This document shows, one piece after another, positions 8,669 through 18,555 of a DNA stretch of 64,000 nucleotides. The notes below the pieces were generated by a model. It worked only from the letters and a program-made list of their open reading frames with translations, was not told the DNA's origin and searched no databases. Position numbers and translations under genes: made by a program. This DNA is from Phycisphaerae bacterium (GTDB lineage Bacteria; Planctomycetota; Phycisphaerae; WQYP01), in contig DASZZD010000013.1 of NCBI GenBank assembly GCA_035545015.1, positions 78,134 through 142,133 of the forward strand, in the 5' to 3' direction. Each line of letters opens with the position of its first letter. The stretch's first letter is position 1.

Positions 8669-10316
8669 CCGTCGGGGGGGGCGGTTCGGAGGCGAGCAAG
8701 AGGCTGTAGCGTCGGGCACCCCAGTCGAGCAGGCCGTATCCGGCGAAGGCGAGGATATTGATGGCGGCGAGGAGGAGCGCGACGACGGTGACCGGGGCGA
8801 TCTCGATCACCGGCACCTCCTCGGCGGCCGGTGAGGGGGGAACGAGGTACATCTGGCGGATCACGCGAAAATAGTAAAAAGCGGCGAGTACGGTGTTGAT
8901 GGCGAGGGCAGCGACGCCGAGCCAGCCGCCGAGCGTCCCGGCGTTGAGCAGGACCGTGAAGACCTTCAACTTCGCCGCAAATCCGATGGTGAGCGGGATG
9001 CCGGTCAGCGACAGGAGACACACCAGCATGCACGCGGCGAGGACCGGCGCGCGTTTGGCCAATCCGGCGTAATCGGCGAGGTCTTCGCCGGTGGCGTGGA
9101 GGGTGTTGGAGGGGCCCGCGGTGGGGGGGGGCACCATGGCGCGGACGCCGATGGACATACCGGCGGCGGTTGGGCCGCTGAGGCGCTGGGCGATGGCGGC
9201 GGCGGCGACGAACGCCCCGCCATTCATGAAGAGGTAGAGCGCGAGGTAAAAGAGGAGGGCCTCGGCGGCGGCGCTCCACTGGAGCGAGCCTGTCTGGTTG
9301 TGCAGGAGCACCGACATGGCCATGAGCATGTATCCGGCGTGGGCGACGCTGGACCAGGCGAGGAGGCGTTTGATGTTGCGCTGGGGAAAGGCGGCGAGGT
9401 TGCCCCAGAAGCAGGTGAGGGCGCCGAGGGCGAGGACCGCGGGTCCGAGCCACTCGATGCGCGGTCCGAGGGCCATGACGATGCGCATGAGCAGTCCGAG
9501 GCCGGCGGTTTTGGAGGCCACGGCGAGAAAGGTGGCGATGTCGATGGGGGCGCCTTCAAAGACGTCGGGGCACCAGAAATGGAGGGGGACCATGGCGATT
9601 TTGAATCCGACGCCGACGAGGAGCGCGGCGAGGGCGAGTGCGCCGATCAGGGAGCGCGCGTGATTGGCGGCGGGCGTTGCGGGGGCGGCGAGGGCGGCAT
9701 GGGTGATGTCGCGCAGATCGAGGGTTCCGTAAAGGCCATAGAGGAGGGACATGCCATAGGCCATGACGGCGGCGGCGGCGGCGCCGAAGAGGACATACTT
9801 CAAGGCGGCCTCTGCGCCGAGGCGGTGGGTTTTGCGGAAACCGGCCAGAACGTAACTGGGCAGGGAGGCCAATTCGACGGCGATAAAGATGATGAGGAGG
9901 TTGGTGGTCTGGACCATCAAGGACATGCCGAGGATCGCGATGAGCAGGAGGAGGAAGAACTCGGGCGAATCGCCGGCCTGACCGCGTGCGAGGAACTTAT
10001 CGTGGGAATCGGTGAACCAGAGTGCCAGGACGATGCCGGAGAAGAGGAGGAGGAGCATGCGGAGCGCCCAGCCGAAGGAATCCTCCACCAGCAAACCGCC
10101 AAATAGAGTGCCGGGGGTCTGCACGCATGCCGCGCGTACGAGAAAGACGGCGACGAAAGCGGCGAGGACTCCGGTCGCCGCGCCGATCCCGGCGATGAGC
10201 AAGTCTTTCCGGGGGCGGAAAATGGGGGCGAGGAGCGTGCCGATAGCGGCGAGGGCCAGCACGGCTTCGGGCAGGAGCCGAAACATTTCATGACCTGTGG
10301 GAAGCAATGAACTCAT
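8493..10316 (-). CDS. nuoN: NADH-quinone oxidoreductase subunit N with a roughly 90-aa Pro-rich C-terminal extension
   Basis: WCPDVFEGAPIDIATFLAVASKTAG and a polytopic membrane fold. The 3' end overlaps the pfkB gene on the opposite strand by about 175 nt. Confidence 0.8.
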   Translation of the reverse strand: MSSLLPTGHEMFRLLPEAVLALAAIGTLLAPIFRPRKDLLIAGIGAATGVLAAFVAVFLVRAACVQTPGTLFGGLLVEDSFGWALRMLLLLFSGIVLALWFTDSHDKFLARGQAGDSPEFFLLLLIAILGMSLMVQTTNLLIIFIAVELASLPSYVLAGFRKTHRLGAEAALKYVLFGAAAAAVMAYGMSLLYGLYGTLDLRDITHAALAAPATPAANHARSLIGALALAALLVGVGFKIAMVPLHFWCPDVFEGAPIDIATFLAVASKTAGLGLLMRIVMALGPRIEWLGPAVLALGALTCFWGNLAAFPQRNIKRLLAWSSVAHAGYMLMAMSVLLHNQTGSLQWSAAAEALLFYLALYLFMNGGAFVAAAAIAQRLSGPTAAGMSIGVRAMVPPPTAGPSNTLHATGEDLADYAGLAKRAPVLAACMLVCLLSLTGIPLTIGFAAKLKVFTVLLNAGTLGGWLGVAALAINTVLAAFYYFRVIRQMYLVPPSPAAEEVPVIEIAPVTVVALLLAAINILAFAGYGLLDWGARRYSLLLASEPPPPTVSLHGPHFGRPEDLPETPPAPLALASPPSERNTRSLPSPSPAIPPASVLAAGPPQNPR

Positions 10317-10434
10317 CACACCCCGCTGCACATTTCACACGTCTGCTCAAGCTGGAAACCATCCCACGCACCGCCCGCCGCCATTCATGCCGCATATCCA
10401 CATTCCGCCTCGGGATACTCTGTGGTGGATTCAT

Positions 10435-12015
10435 TTAGCTCGTGACGAGGCGCACGAGGCCTTCCACGGCGGGGCGCAGGGGTTCGAGGACTGCCGCGGG
10501 GAGTATTCCCAGGGCGATCGCGGACAATCCGAGGATGGCCAATATCCATTTTTCGGAACCGGTGAGGCGGGCGAAATTCTGATGCTCGGGCTTGGGCGCA
10601 CCCATGTAGACGCGCTGGAGGGTCCAGAGGTGATAGGCGGCGGTGATGACGATGGCGCCGGCCGCGATCACGCCAAACCATAAGAGCGGTCCGGAGACGC
10701 CGATGACGCTCATGGAATGGCGAGCGAGAAATCCGTGGGGATCGGCGGCGGAAAAGACGCCGAGGAGGACGAGGAGTTCGCCGACAAATCCGCAGAGTCC
10801 GGGCAGTCCCATGGAGGCGAAGAAACCGACGGCGGCCCATCCGGTGTAAGCGGGCATGGAGCTCCACAATCCGCCGAGGCGTGGGATTTCGCGATGATGG
10901 GCGCGGTCATAGAGGACGCCGACGATGAAGAACATCATGGCGGAGGAAATGCCGTGGGCGATCATCTGGAACAAGGCTCCGGCGGTGGCGGTGGTGTTCA
11001 TGACGGCGAGGCCCAGGACCACATAGCCCATATGGCTGACGGAGGAATAAGCGACCATGCGTTTGAAATCGCGCTGGGCGAGGGCGACGAGGGCGCCGTA
11101 GACGATGGAGACGACGCCGATGAGGCCGACCCAGAACCAGTTGTCGGCGGCCTGGGAGGAGAAGATGGGATAAGAAATGCGGAGCAGCCCGTAGGCACCC
11201 ATTTTGAGGAGGACGGCGGCGAGGATCATGGAGACGGGGGTGGGGGCTTCGACGTGGGCATCGGGGAGCCAGGTATGGAGCGGGACGGAGGGCAGCTTGA
11301 CGGCGAATCCGAGGAAGAGGAGCCAGAAGGCGACGTTGCCAAAGGCGGCGGCCCGTCCGCCCTCGGCGAAGCGCGCATGGAGCGCGGGATCGGTGGCGAG
11401 TCGGATGACATCAAAGACTCCGCCGCCGTTGGGCCCCATACCGCGGGTGTGGTAATAGATTCCCAGGATAGCGATGAGGATGCCGATGGATCCGAGGAGT
11501 GTGTAGAGGAAGAATTTGATGGCGGCGTATTCTTTGCGCGGCCCGCCCCAGATGCCGATGAGGAAATACATGGGGAAGAGGGAGACTTCAAAAAAGACGT
11601 AAAAGAGGAGCAAATCGAGGGAGATAAAGGTGCCGAGCATACCGGCGAGGAGGAAGAGGAGCAGGGCGAAGTAGGCCCTGGGGGACTTGCTGATTCCATA
11701 GGACGCCCAGCAGGCGACGAGTGAGACGGCGGTGGTGAGGAGGACGAGAGGCATGGAGATGCCGTCGACGCCGACGAAATACTGCGCGCCGAGGGAGGGT
11801 ATCCAGGGGAATCGGAGCGCGAGTTGAATGGCATGCGCATCCCCGCCGGTGTAACTGACGCGTCCCCAATCGAACCAGGAGGCGGCCAGCAGGGACAGGA
11901 GGAAGGTGAGGAGGGCGACCGCGAGCGCCACCGGACGCGCGCGTTTGGCCTGACCTGATGGCAATGCCAGAATCGCCAGCCCGCCGAGCACCGGCACCAC
12001 CATCAGCCAGGTCAA
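10435..12015 (-). CDS. nuoM: NADH-quinone oxidoreductase subunit M
   Basis: LFYVFFEVSLFPMYFLIGIWGG and SVSHMGYVVLG motifs. The start is uncertain (TTG 12015 or ATG 12003). Confidence 0.85.
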   Translation of the reverse strand: MTWLMVVPVLGGLAILALPSGQAKRARPVALAVALLTFLLSLLAASWFDWGRVSYTGGDAHAIQLALRFPWIPSLGAQYFVGVDGISMPLVLLTTAVSLVACWASYGISKSPRAYFALLLFLLAGMLGTFISLDLLLFYVFFEVSLFPMYFLIGIWGGPRKEYAAIKFFLYTLLGSIGILIAILGIYYHTRGMGPNGGGVFDVIRLATDPALHARFAEGGRAAAFGNVAFWLLFLGFAVKLPSVPLHTWLPDAHVEAPTPVSMILAAVLLKMGAYGLLRISYPIFSSQAADNWFWVGLIGVVSIVYGALVALAQRDFKRMVAYSSVSHMGYVVLGLAVMNTTATAGALFQMIAHGISSAMMFFIVGVLYDRAHHREIPRLGGLWSSMPAYTGWAAVGFFASMGLPGLCGFVGELLVLLGVFSAADPHGFLARHSMSVIGVSGPLLWFGVIAAGAIVITAAYHLWTLQRVYMGAPKPEHQNFARLTGSEKWILAILGLSAIALGILPAAVLEPLRPAVEGLVRLVTS

Positions 12016-12247
12016 GATACTCGACGCGTTCAGCAAACCGCAGCTCCGGGACACACGTGGGGAGGGGGGCAACTGTGTTTTCTGCACACCGGGAAAGTCC
12101 GTCGAAGATAGGGCAAAGGGGTAGGCTTGTCACGCGAGCCTGCGGGGTGCGGCAACGTTCGCGCCCGAGGCTCCAGGTGGGGCGATGGCGCGGGGTCAGT
12201 CGGGGTTCGGTTCGATTGGTTGAACTGGGGGTTGCGGGGCGGGCTGC

Positions 12248-12994
12248 TTGACTGCCGCCCGGGTTGCCGACATGCTGACTTCTCGCATGAAGGAAACGCT
12301 CGAACGCATTGTTCCCGGAGCCGCCGACCAGCGTCACATAGCCGGCGACGATACGCTGCAGCTTCACCTGGCGCGTTACCAGTTTGCGGCGCAGTTCGCC
12401 CGGGGGAAGGTGCTGGATATCGCGTGCGGCGTGGGATATGGGTCAGCGGTCCTGGCGGAGGTTGCGAAGGTGGGGCATGTGACGGGGGTGGATCTGTCGG
12501 AGGAAGCGCTCGATGTGGCGCGGCAGCGGTATGCGCGTCCGAACATCACGTTCGTTCAGGGGGACTGCATGACGTACCGGGGCGACCCGGTCGAGACGAT
12601 CGTGTCGCTGGAGACGGTGGAACACCTTCCGGAGCCGGAGAAATTCATTCGCCGGATTGCGGAGCAACTGCTGTCGCAGGGGACGCTGATCGCATCAGTG
12701 CCGGTGACGCCGTCGATGGATTTCAATCCCTATCATCTGCACGATTTCACGCCGCGGCGGTTTGAGGCGCTGATGCGGTCGGCGGGGTTGCAGGTGGTGG
12801 ACCGGTTTCTGCAGGTGCAGAGCTACCGACCGGTGGCGGCGCTGCGGCGGAAGGAAGCGCGGATGGCGGACGCGCGGCGGAACCTTTCGGGGTATTACGT
12901 GCGACATCCGGGGAAGCTGATGCTTCGGCTGTGCTCTGTGGTGCGAGACGGGTTTGCGAACAAGTACCTGACGCTGGCTTGCAGAAAGGTCTGA
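12248..12994 (+). CDS. class I SAM-dependent methyltransferase
   Basis: VLDIACGVGYGS and IVSLETVEHL motifs. Confidence 0.7.
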   Translation: MTAARVADMLTSRMKETLERIVPGAADQRHIAGDDTLQLHLARYQFAAQFARGKVLDIACGVGYGSAVLAEVAKVGHVTGVDLSEEALDVARQRYARPNITFVQGDCMTYRGDPVETIVSLETVEHLPEPEKFIRRIAEQLLSQGTLIASVPVTPSMDFNPYHLHDFTPRRFEALMRSAGLQVVDRFLQVQSYRPVAALRRKEARMADARRNLSGYYVRHPGKLMLRLCSVVRDGFANKYLTLACRKV

Positions 12995-12996
12995 GC

Positions 12997-13674
12997 ATGG
13001 GCGAGCAGACCTTTGTGGTGATCGCGGCGTACAACGAGCAGGAAATGATCGGGCAGGTGGTGCGGTCGCTGGCGCCGCTGGCGGCGCGGGTGGTGGTGGT
13101 GGACGATGGCAGCGGCGACGAATCGGGCGAGCGTGCGTTTGAGGCGGGCGCGACGGTGCTGAGGCATCCGTTGAACCTGGGGCAGGGCGCGGCGTTGCAG
13201 ACGGGGATCGACTTTGCGCTTGGGAAGGGTGCGGAGTACATTGTGACGTTTGACGCGGACGGGCAGCACGCGGCATCGGACATAGGCGGCGCGCTGGAGG
13301 CGCTGCGGCGGTCGGGCGTGGATGTGGTGCTGGGGTCGCGGTTTCTGGGGCGTGCGATCGACATGCCTGCGGCGAAGCGGCTGGTGCTGCGGCTGGCGGT
13401 TGCGTTCACGCGTGTGACGACGGGTCTGAAGCTGACGGACACACACAACGGATTTCGGGTTCTGACGCGCTCGGCGGCGGAGCGGATCAAGCTGCGTCAG
13501 AACCGCATGTCGCACGCGTCGGACCTTCTGAGCCAGATCGCGGAGCTCAAGCTGCGGTATGAGGAGTATCCGGTGGAAGTGAGATACACGGAATACTCGC
13601 GGCGGAAGGGCCAGCCGCTGACGGCGGCGTTTCATATTCTGGTGGATTCAGCGGTCGGGAGGATGCTGAAATGA
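12997..13674 (+). CDS. GT2 glycosyltransferase, soluble polyprenol-phosphate sugar synthase-like (DPM1/Ppm-like)
   Basis: FVVIAAYNEQ, VVVVDDGSGDES and TFDADGQH motifs. aaagg RBS. Confidence 0.75.
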   Translation: MGEQTFVVIAAYNEQEMIGQVVRSLAPLAARVVVVDDGSGDESGERAFEAGATVLRHPLNLGQGAALQTGIDFALGKGAEYIVTFDADGQHAASDIGGALEALRRSGVDVVLGSRFLGRAIDMPAAKRLVLRLAVAFTRVTTGLKLTDTHNGFRVLTRSAAERIKLRQNRMSHASDLLSQIAELKLRYEEYPVEVRYTEYSRRKGQPLTAAFHILVDSAVGRMLK

Positions 13675-14039
13675 CGATCAAAATCATTCTGACGCTGCTG
13701 CTGGGGACGCTGGCGCTGTACGCGGCGCGCAACATGCGTGGGGCGCTGGCGCCGATTGCGCTGAGTTTTATCGCGGCGAGCCTCGCCGGGGTGTTTTTCG
13801 TATGGAATCCGCAGGCGGCGAACAACGTGGCGGCCCTCGTGGGGATCGGCCGGGGCGCGGACCTGATTTTCTATTTTGGCTTTATTTTCGGGCTGTTCAG
13901 CATCTTCGTGCTGCACCTGCGCATCGCGCTGCTGAACCGGCAGCTCACGGTTCTGGCTCGCCATATCGCCCTGAACGCCGCGCGTGAACATCCGGCGAGC
14001 GGCCCCCACGAGGATTCCGTGCATGCGTCCGCCCGCTAA
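13671..14039 (+). CDS. DUF2304-like small membrane protein
   Basis: 123 aa with 3 hydrophobic helices. ATGA start/stop overlap with the preceding GT2 gene; this family commonly follows GT2 genes. Confidence 0.5.
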   Translation: MTIKIILTLLLGTLALYAARNMRGALAPIALSFIAASLAGVFFVWNPQAANNVAALVGIGRGADLIFYFGFIFGLFSIFVLHLRIALLNRQLTVLARHIALNAAREHPASGPHEDSVHASAR

Positions 14040-15420
14040 GGCCTTGCTCGAGCGGGCGCTGTTCATCCTGGCGGCCACGGCGCTGCTTTGCTGGCCGATG
14101 GTGTTCAACGGCTTTCCGATTGTGTTCGGGGATTCGCTGCTTTATTCGCTGACGGCGTTCACGGGCCGGTCGATGGCGTTTCGGCCAAGCTGTTATCCGT
14201 ACCTGCTGGCCGGGGCGGGGGTGTTCCAATCGGTAGCGCCGCTGTGCGTTTTTCAATCGCTGATGGCGGCGGCGGCGCTGGAGATCGCGCTGCGGCGCGG
14301 CGCGGGGCTGGGCATTGTGCGGGCCCTGGGGGTTGTGGTTGGACTCGCGCTGGCGACGACGCTTCCGTGGTGGACGTCCTCCCTGATGCCGGACATTTTC
14401 TTCGGGCTGGCGATTCTTTCGGCGGGGGTGCTGGCTTTTGCGGAGAATCTGGCGCGTGTCGACCGGGTGGTGCTGTGGGCGATCCTGGTGATTTCCGTGG
14501 TGGAGCACGTGGCTCTTCCGCCGCCCCTGTTGGTTCTGGCGGTACTTTATGTTGGTTTGCAACTGTGCCGGCGGCGCCGCCCCACGGGGACATCGGTGGG
14601 CATCCTGGCGGTGGCGATCCTGGGGTTTGTGAGCTACCCCGTTCTGAACGCGCTGACGGCGAACACGTTCGCCCCGTCGGACAACACGTCCAAATACATC
14701 CTGTCGCGCATGGCCGGCGACGGGCTGCTGGACGACACGGACATTCGCCACTTCACGGCGAAGGCCCCGGATCGACAGGCCGAGCTGCTCACGCGGTTTC
14801 ACGCAATGGAGTCGCTTCCGGCCAATATTCCTCTGGGGTACCTTTCGCCGCAATCGGCGCGCACAGGCGCGTTCTCGCACGATCCGGGCTCTCCGTTTGC
14901 GGACTGGTCCTCGGACGGCCGGCTTCCGTCGTTCGGCGAGATGATCGTGCGCAACGTGCGGCGGAAACCGCTGCAGAACGTTCGCGCCGTGGTCGCGGGC
15001 ACGGGGCGTCTGCTGCTTTCGGGCGATTTCCCCCCGTTCGTGGAACAGATGCATCCGTCGCCGCCGCTGCCGATATTGGCCCATGACACAAACGGGTTTA
15101 CGAGCAGCCGGCAGAACCACGGGGCGCTCGGTGTGCGGGCGTGGAATCTGGTGATCGTCCCGGTTTACTGGGCGTTCGCGGCGGCGGGGATGGCGGCGCT
15201 GCTGTTGTCGATCTGGCGGCGAGACGCCTGGCAAGGCGCCGGGCTGCGGGTGGCGGCGTTCGTGCTGTGCTTCACGCTTCTGCAGGCGGCGATCGTGTAT
15301 GCGCTGTCGGGCGACTTCCCCCGCTACCAGTCGCGCATGTCGTGGATCGTCGTGCTGGCGGGGTTCCTGGCGAGCGTTTCGGTGGTGCGCCGGATGCGAT
15401 GCCAGCGGGGGCGGGGGTGA
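14020..15420 (+). CDS. polytopic integral membrane protein, candidate GT-C-type polyprenyl-phosphate-dependent glycosyltransferase
   Basis: 467 aa with at least 10 hydrophobic segments. Translationally coupled to the DUF2304 gene. Confidence 0.45.
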   Translation, partial: CMRPPAKALLERALFILAATALLCWPMVFNGFPIVFGDSLLYSLTAFTGRSMAFRPSCYPYLLAGAGVFQSVAPLCVFQSLMAAAALEIALRRGAGLGIVRALGVVVGLALATTLPWWTSSLMPDIFFGLAILSAGVLAFAENLARVDRVVLWAILVISVVEHVALPPPLLVLAVLYVGLQLCRRRRPTGTSVGILAVAILGFVSYPVLNALTANTFAPSDNTSKYILSRMAGDGLLDDTDIRHFTAKAPDRQAELLTRFHAMESLPANIPLGYLSPQSARTGAFSHDPGSPFADWSSDGRLPSFGEMIVRNVRRKPLQNVRAVVAGTGRLLLSGDFPPFVEQMHPSPPLPILAHDTNGFTSSRQNHGALGVRAWNLVIVPVYWAFAAAGMAALLLSIWRRDAWQGAGLRVAAFVLCFTLLQAAIVYALSGDFPRYQSRMSWIVVLAGFLASVSVVRRMRCQRGRG

Positions 15421-15429
15421 GGGGGCCAG

Positions 15430-15807
15430 CTATTCGCCGTGGCGAGCGGTGTAGGCGGCGCCATCCATCAAGGCGGACAAATCGGCGCCGGGCGCTTTGA
15501 CTTTGATGAGCCACCCCTTGCCGTAGGGATCCTGGTTCACGAGGGAGGGGTCGGCCTTGAGGGCGTCGTTGACATCGATGACTTCGCCGGCCACGGCGCT
15601 GTAGAGCTCGCTGGTGGCCTTGACGGACTCGATTTCGCCGAAGCGTTTTCCCGCGTCGAGCTTCTTTCCGACGGCGGGCAGATCGACGTAGGTGACATCG
15701 GTGAGCTCGTCGACGGCGAAGCGTGAAATGCCGATGGTGACGACGTCTCCCTGCTGCTGGTGCCATTCGTGGGAAGCGGAGTATTTGCGATCGTTCGGTG
15801 CAGCCAT
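15430..15807 (-). CDS. gcvH: glycine cleavage system H protein
   Basis: YSASHEW and lipoyl-lysine region GEIESVKATSELYSAV. Confidence 0.85.
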   Translation of the reverse strand: MAAPNDRKYSASHEWHQQQGDVVTIGISRFAVDELTDVTYVDLPAVGKKLDAGKRFGEIESVKATSELYSAVAGEVIDVNDALKADPSLVNQDPYGKGWLIKVKAPGADLSALMDGAAYTARHGE

Positions 15808-15869
15808 AAAACTCTCACTCCAATGGGATCGCGGCAGCCGGGAACTCAATGAAAAGGCGGCACGCGAGC

Positions 15870-16970
15870 TTAGCGCACTTTACCCGGACGCTTGTAAAAC
15901 GGAAGCGCCGCCGTTGCGGCCTCCAAAATGCCGGTGGCGCCGGCGATCCGCAGCGGCGTCTCGGGGGCGGCGAGGTCGACGGGGACGTACCCGATGGCGA
16001 TCGGCCGCTTCAGTGTCGGGCTCATTGCCCCGGAGGTGATCACGCCGACATGCTTGTCGCCCTGGAGGATGGCCATTCCCTGGCGAGCGCTTCGCGGCCC
16101 GTCAATCAGAAGCCCCGTGGCGCGGCGCTGGAGTCCGGCCTGGGCGATCCGCCGCAGCGCTGCCACGCCGACGAACTCCTTTTGCAAGTCCACGGCCCAC
16201 TCGAGGCCGGCGGACAGCGGGTCGACTTCCTCGGTCAGCTCATGGCCGTAGAGCGGCATGCCGGCTTCCATGCGCAGCGTGTCGCGTGCTCCCAGTCCGG
16301 CGGGCTTCAAGATGGCGTGCTCGCCTTCGCTTTTCAAAAGATAATTCATGGCGAGGTTCGCGGCGGTGGTGCCGCAGATGATCTCCGCGCCATCCTCGCC
16401 GGTGTATCCGCTGCGAAAGACGGTGAACTGAATCATGAGCATGTAGCGCATGACTTCAAAGTGATAGCGTTTCAGATCGGAGACGGGTTCGGGCAGGACC
16501 TCATCGAGCAGGGGCACAGCCTTGGGACCCTGGATGGCGACCATGGCGGTTTTGGTCGTTTCATCCTCGATGGTCGGCACATCCTTGTGCGTGGCAAACC
16601 AGGCCAGGAGCTTCTCCCGGTTGGCGGCGTTACAGACCATGTACCAGTGGTTGTCAAAGCGCGAGACGATCACATCATCGAGGATGCCGCCGTCGTCCCT
16701 GCACACGAGCGAGTACATCGACTGGCCGACCGTTCCCTTTGCCAGGTTGCGCGTGCACATGCGCTGGAGGAAGGGCTCGGCGGTTTTGCCGGTGAATTTG
16801 AGCCGGCCCATGTGGGAGACGTCAAAGATGCTGGCGGCGGCGCGCGTGTGGAGGTGCTCATCGATGATGCCACGATAGAGGAGGGGCATTTCCCAGCCGG
16901 CATAGGCGACCATGCGTGCCCCGGCCTTGAGATGAAAGTCATAAAAGGGCGTACGTTTCAAATCCGGCAC
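15870..16970 (-). CDS. gcvT: glycine cleavage system aminomethyltransferase T
   Basis: TPFYDFHLKAGARMVAYAGWEMPLLY...FDVSHMGRL. Confidence 0.9.
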   Translation of the reverse strand: MPDLKRTPFYDFHLKAGARMVAYAGWEMPLLYRGIIDEHLHTRAAASIFDVSHMGRLKFTGKTAEPFLQRMCTRNLAKGTVGQSMYSLVCRDDGGILDDVIVSRFDNHWYMVCNAANREKLLAWFATHKDVPTIEDETTKTAMVAIQGPKAVPLLDEVLPEPVSDLKRYHFEVMRYMLMIQFTVFRSGYTGEDGAEIICGTTAANLAMNYLLKSEGEHAILKPAGLGARDTLRMEAGMPLYGHELTEEVDPLSAGLEWAVDLQKEFVGVAALRRIAQAGLQRRATGLLIDGPRSARQGMAILQGDKHVGVITSGAMSPTLKRPIAIGYVPVDLAAPETPLRIAGATGILEAATAALPFYKRPGKVR

Positions 16971-17052
16971 AAAAAGACTCCGCGCTCGTCAGGAGGCAAC
17001 TGTCCGGACTATACTCCCCCATTTGGCCGCCATCCATCGATTGAGGTTTTCC

Positions 17053-17817
17053 ATGGCCGGGCTTAGGAACAGAATCGCGATCGTCACGGGGGCGTCGTCG
17101 GGGATCGGGGAAGCGACGGCCCGGGAGCTTTCTGCTCAAGGCGCCGGGGTGGTGGTCGCGGCGCGTCGCCAGGAGCGCCTGGAGGCGCTTGCCGCCGAAC
17201 TTTCCGCCGCCGGCCAGCGCGTCCTTGCGGTGCGCGCGGACGCATCGAGCGAATCGGACAACGCCCGCCTCATCGAACGAGCGCAGGCATTCTCGCACGA
17301 GCTCGGCTGCGCGGGGCGGATTGACATTCTCATCGCCAACGCGGGCCGCGGCCTGGCCGGCGGGCTTCTGTCCTCCGAGCAGTCCCAATGGGACAATTTG
17401 TACAAGCTCAACGTGCTGGGTCCGGCCGATCTGATGCGGCGCGCCGGGGCCCTGATGGTCGAACAGAAATCCGGGGATATCATCGCGCTGGGCTCGGTTT
17501 CCGGATTCAACATCTCGCCGTTCTCGGGATTCTACGGCTCGACCAAATTCGCCATCGCCTCGATCGCCGAGGCATTTCGCCGGGAAGTCTGCTCCAGGGG
17601 CGTGCGCGTGACCACGATCATGCCGGCGGTGGTGATTTCGGAATTCCAGGAGAACGCGGGCTATACGAAGGAGAACTTTTACAAAACGATCGAAAAATTC
17701 GGCACGCCGCTGGCTCCGCAGGACGTCGCCCGGAGCATCGCGTTCATCGTGTCGCAGCCTCCGCACGTGCATATCAACCAGCTCATCATCCGTCCCACGG
17801 GGCAGGATTATCCCTGA
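17053..17817 (+). CDS. SDR-family oxidoreductase
   Basis: TGASSGIG glycine-rich NAD(P)-binding motif, plus NAG and YxxxK elements. Confidence 0.8.
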   Translation: MAGLRNRIAIVTGASSGIGEATARELSAQGAGVVVAARRQERLEALAAELSAAGQRVLAVRADASSESDNARLIERAQAFSHELGCAGRIDILIANAGRGLAGGLLSSEQSQWDNLYKLNVLGPADLMRRAGALMVEQKSGDIIALGSVSGFNISPFSGFYGSTKFAIASIAEAFRREVCSRGVRVTTIMPAVVISEFQENAGYTKENFYKTIEKFGTPLAPQDVARSIAFIVSQPPHVHINQLIIRPTGQDYP

Positions 17818-18009
17818 GCCGCGCGATCCCGCAGACAAGGCGCAAGCGTGTGTTCACCTGTCCGTCGCAGCGACGGCGGCCGGGCGGGTCTCTCACCACC
17901 TCCGGACCGGCGCTCAGTCACGCCGCGCCGATTATCGGTCGCCGGGCAAGAAAGGTCTGCCGCTTTCCTGCCGACAATGTTTGAACCCCGGCACATTCTG
18001 GAGGGCCTC

Positions 18010-18531
18010 ATGTCTAAAGCCGCATTCTCTTTCGCCGCCATCTTCGCCGCCCTGACGGCGGCCGCCGCTTATCAGTACGCCCACGCGAATCCGTCGGCCC
18101 CGGAGGAACTCGTCAACAAATCCGCGCCGGACTTCACGCTGCAGAAGGTCGGCGGCGGCGCCATCTCCCTGCAGCAGCTCCGGGGCAAAATTGTCGTGCT
18201 GGATTTCTGGTATCGCGCGTGCCCCTGGTGCATCCGCGCGATGCCGCAGGTCAATCAGCTCGCCATCGACTTCAAGCATCAGAATGTGGTCGTTCTGGGC
18301 ATGAACGTCGATCACAACGAAGCCGACGCCCAGGCCGTCATCAACCAGTTCGGCCTTCATTACCCCTCGCTGCGCGCCTCCCGCGAGGTCGTCCAATCCT
18401 TCGGCGTGCAGGGATATCCTACGGCCATCCTCATCGACCAGCAGGGCACCATACGGGCCGTCCACGTCGGCTACACCGACTCCCTGCACGACGACCTCTC
18501 GGCCACCATCAAATCGCTGCTCAAATCCTGA
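18010..18531 (+). CDS. TlpA/ResA-like thiol-disulfide oxidoreductase (redoxin), secreted
   Basis: N-terminal signal-like hydrophobic segment, CPWC active site, ggaggg RBS. Confidence 0.75.
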   Translation: MSKAAFSFAAIFAALTAAAAYQYAHANPSAPEELVNKSAPDFTLQKVGGGAISLQQLRGKIVVLDFWYRACPWCIRAMPQVNQLAIDFKHQNVVVLGMNVDHNEADAQAVINQFGLHYPSLRASREVVQSFGVQGYPTAILIDQQGTIRAVHVGYTDSLHDDLSATIKSLLKS

Positions 18532-18555
18532 AGCGTTCGCGGGCGCGCGCGGGGC

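Noticed and set aside
8575-11724. Several ORFs (8575-9453 minus, 9096-10106 plus, 10717-11724 plus), Arg/Pro- or Gly/Asp-rich
   Set aside because: Shadow frames of nuoN and nuoM.
13945-15234. 429-aa minus-strand ORF, Arg-rich
   Set aside because: Antisense to the polytopic membrane protein gene.
16971-17052. Glycine riboswitch upstream of gcvT
   Set aside because: Only about 80 nt separate gcvT from the divergent SDR gene, and the conserved GGAGAG / ACCGAAGGGGCAA aptamer cores are absent.
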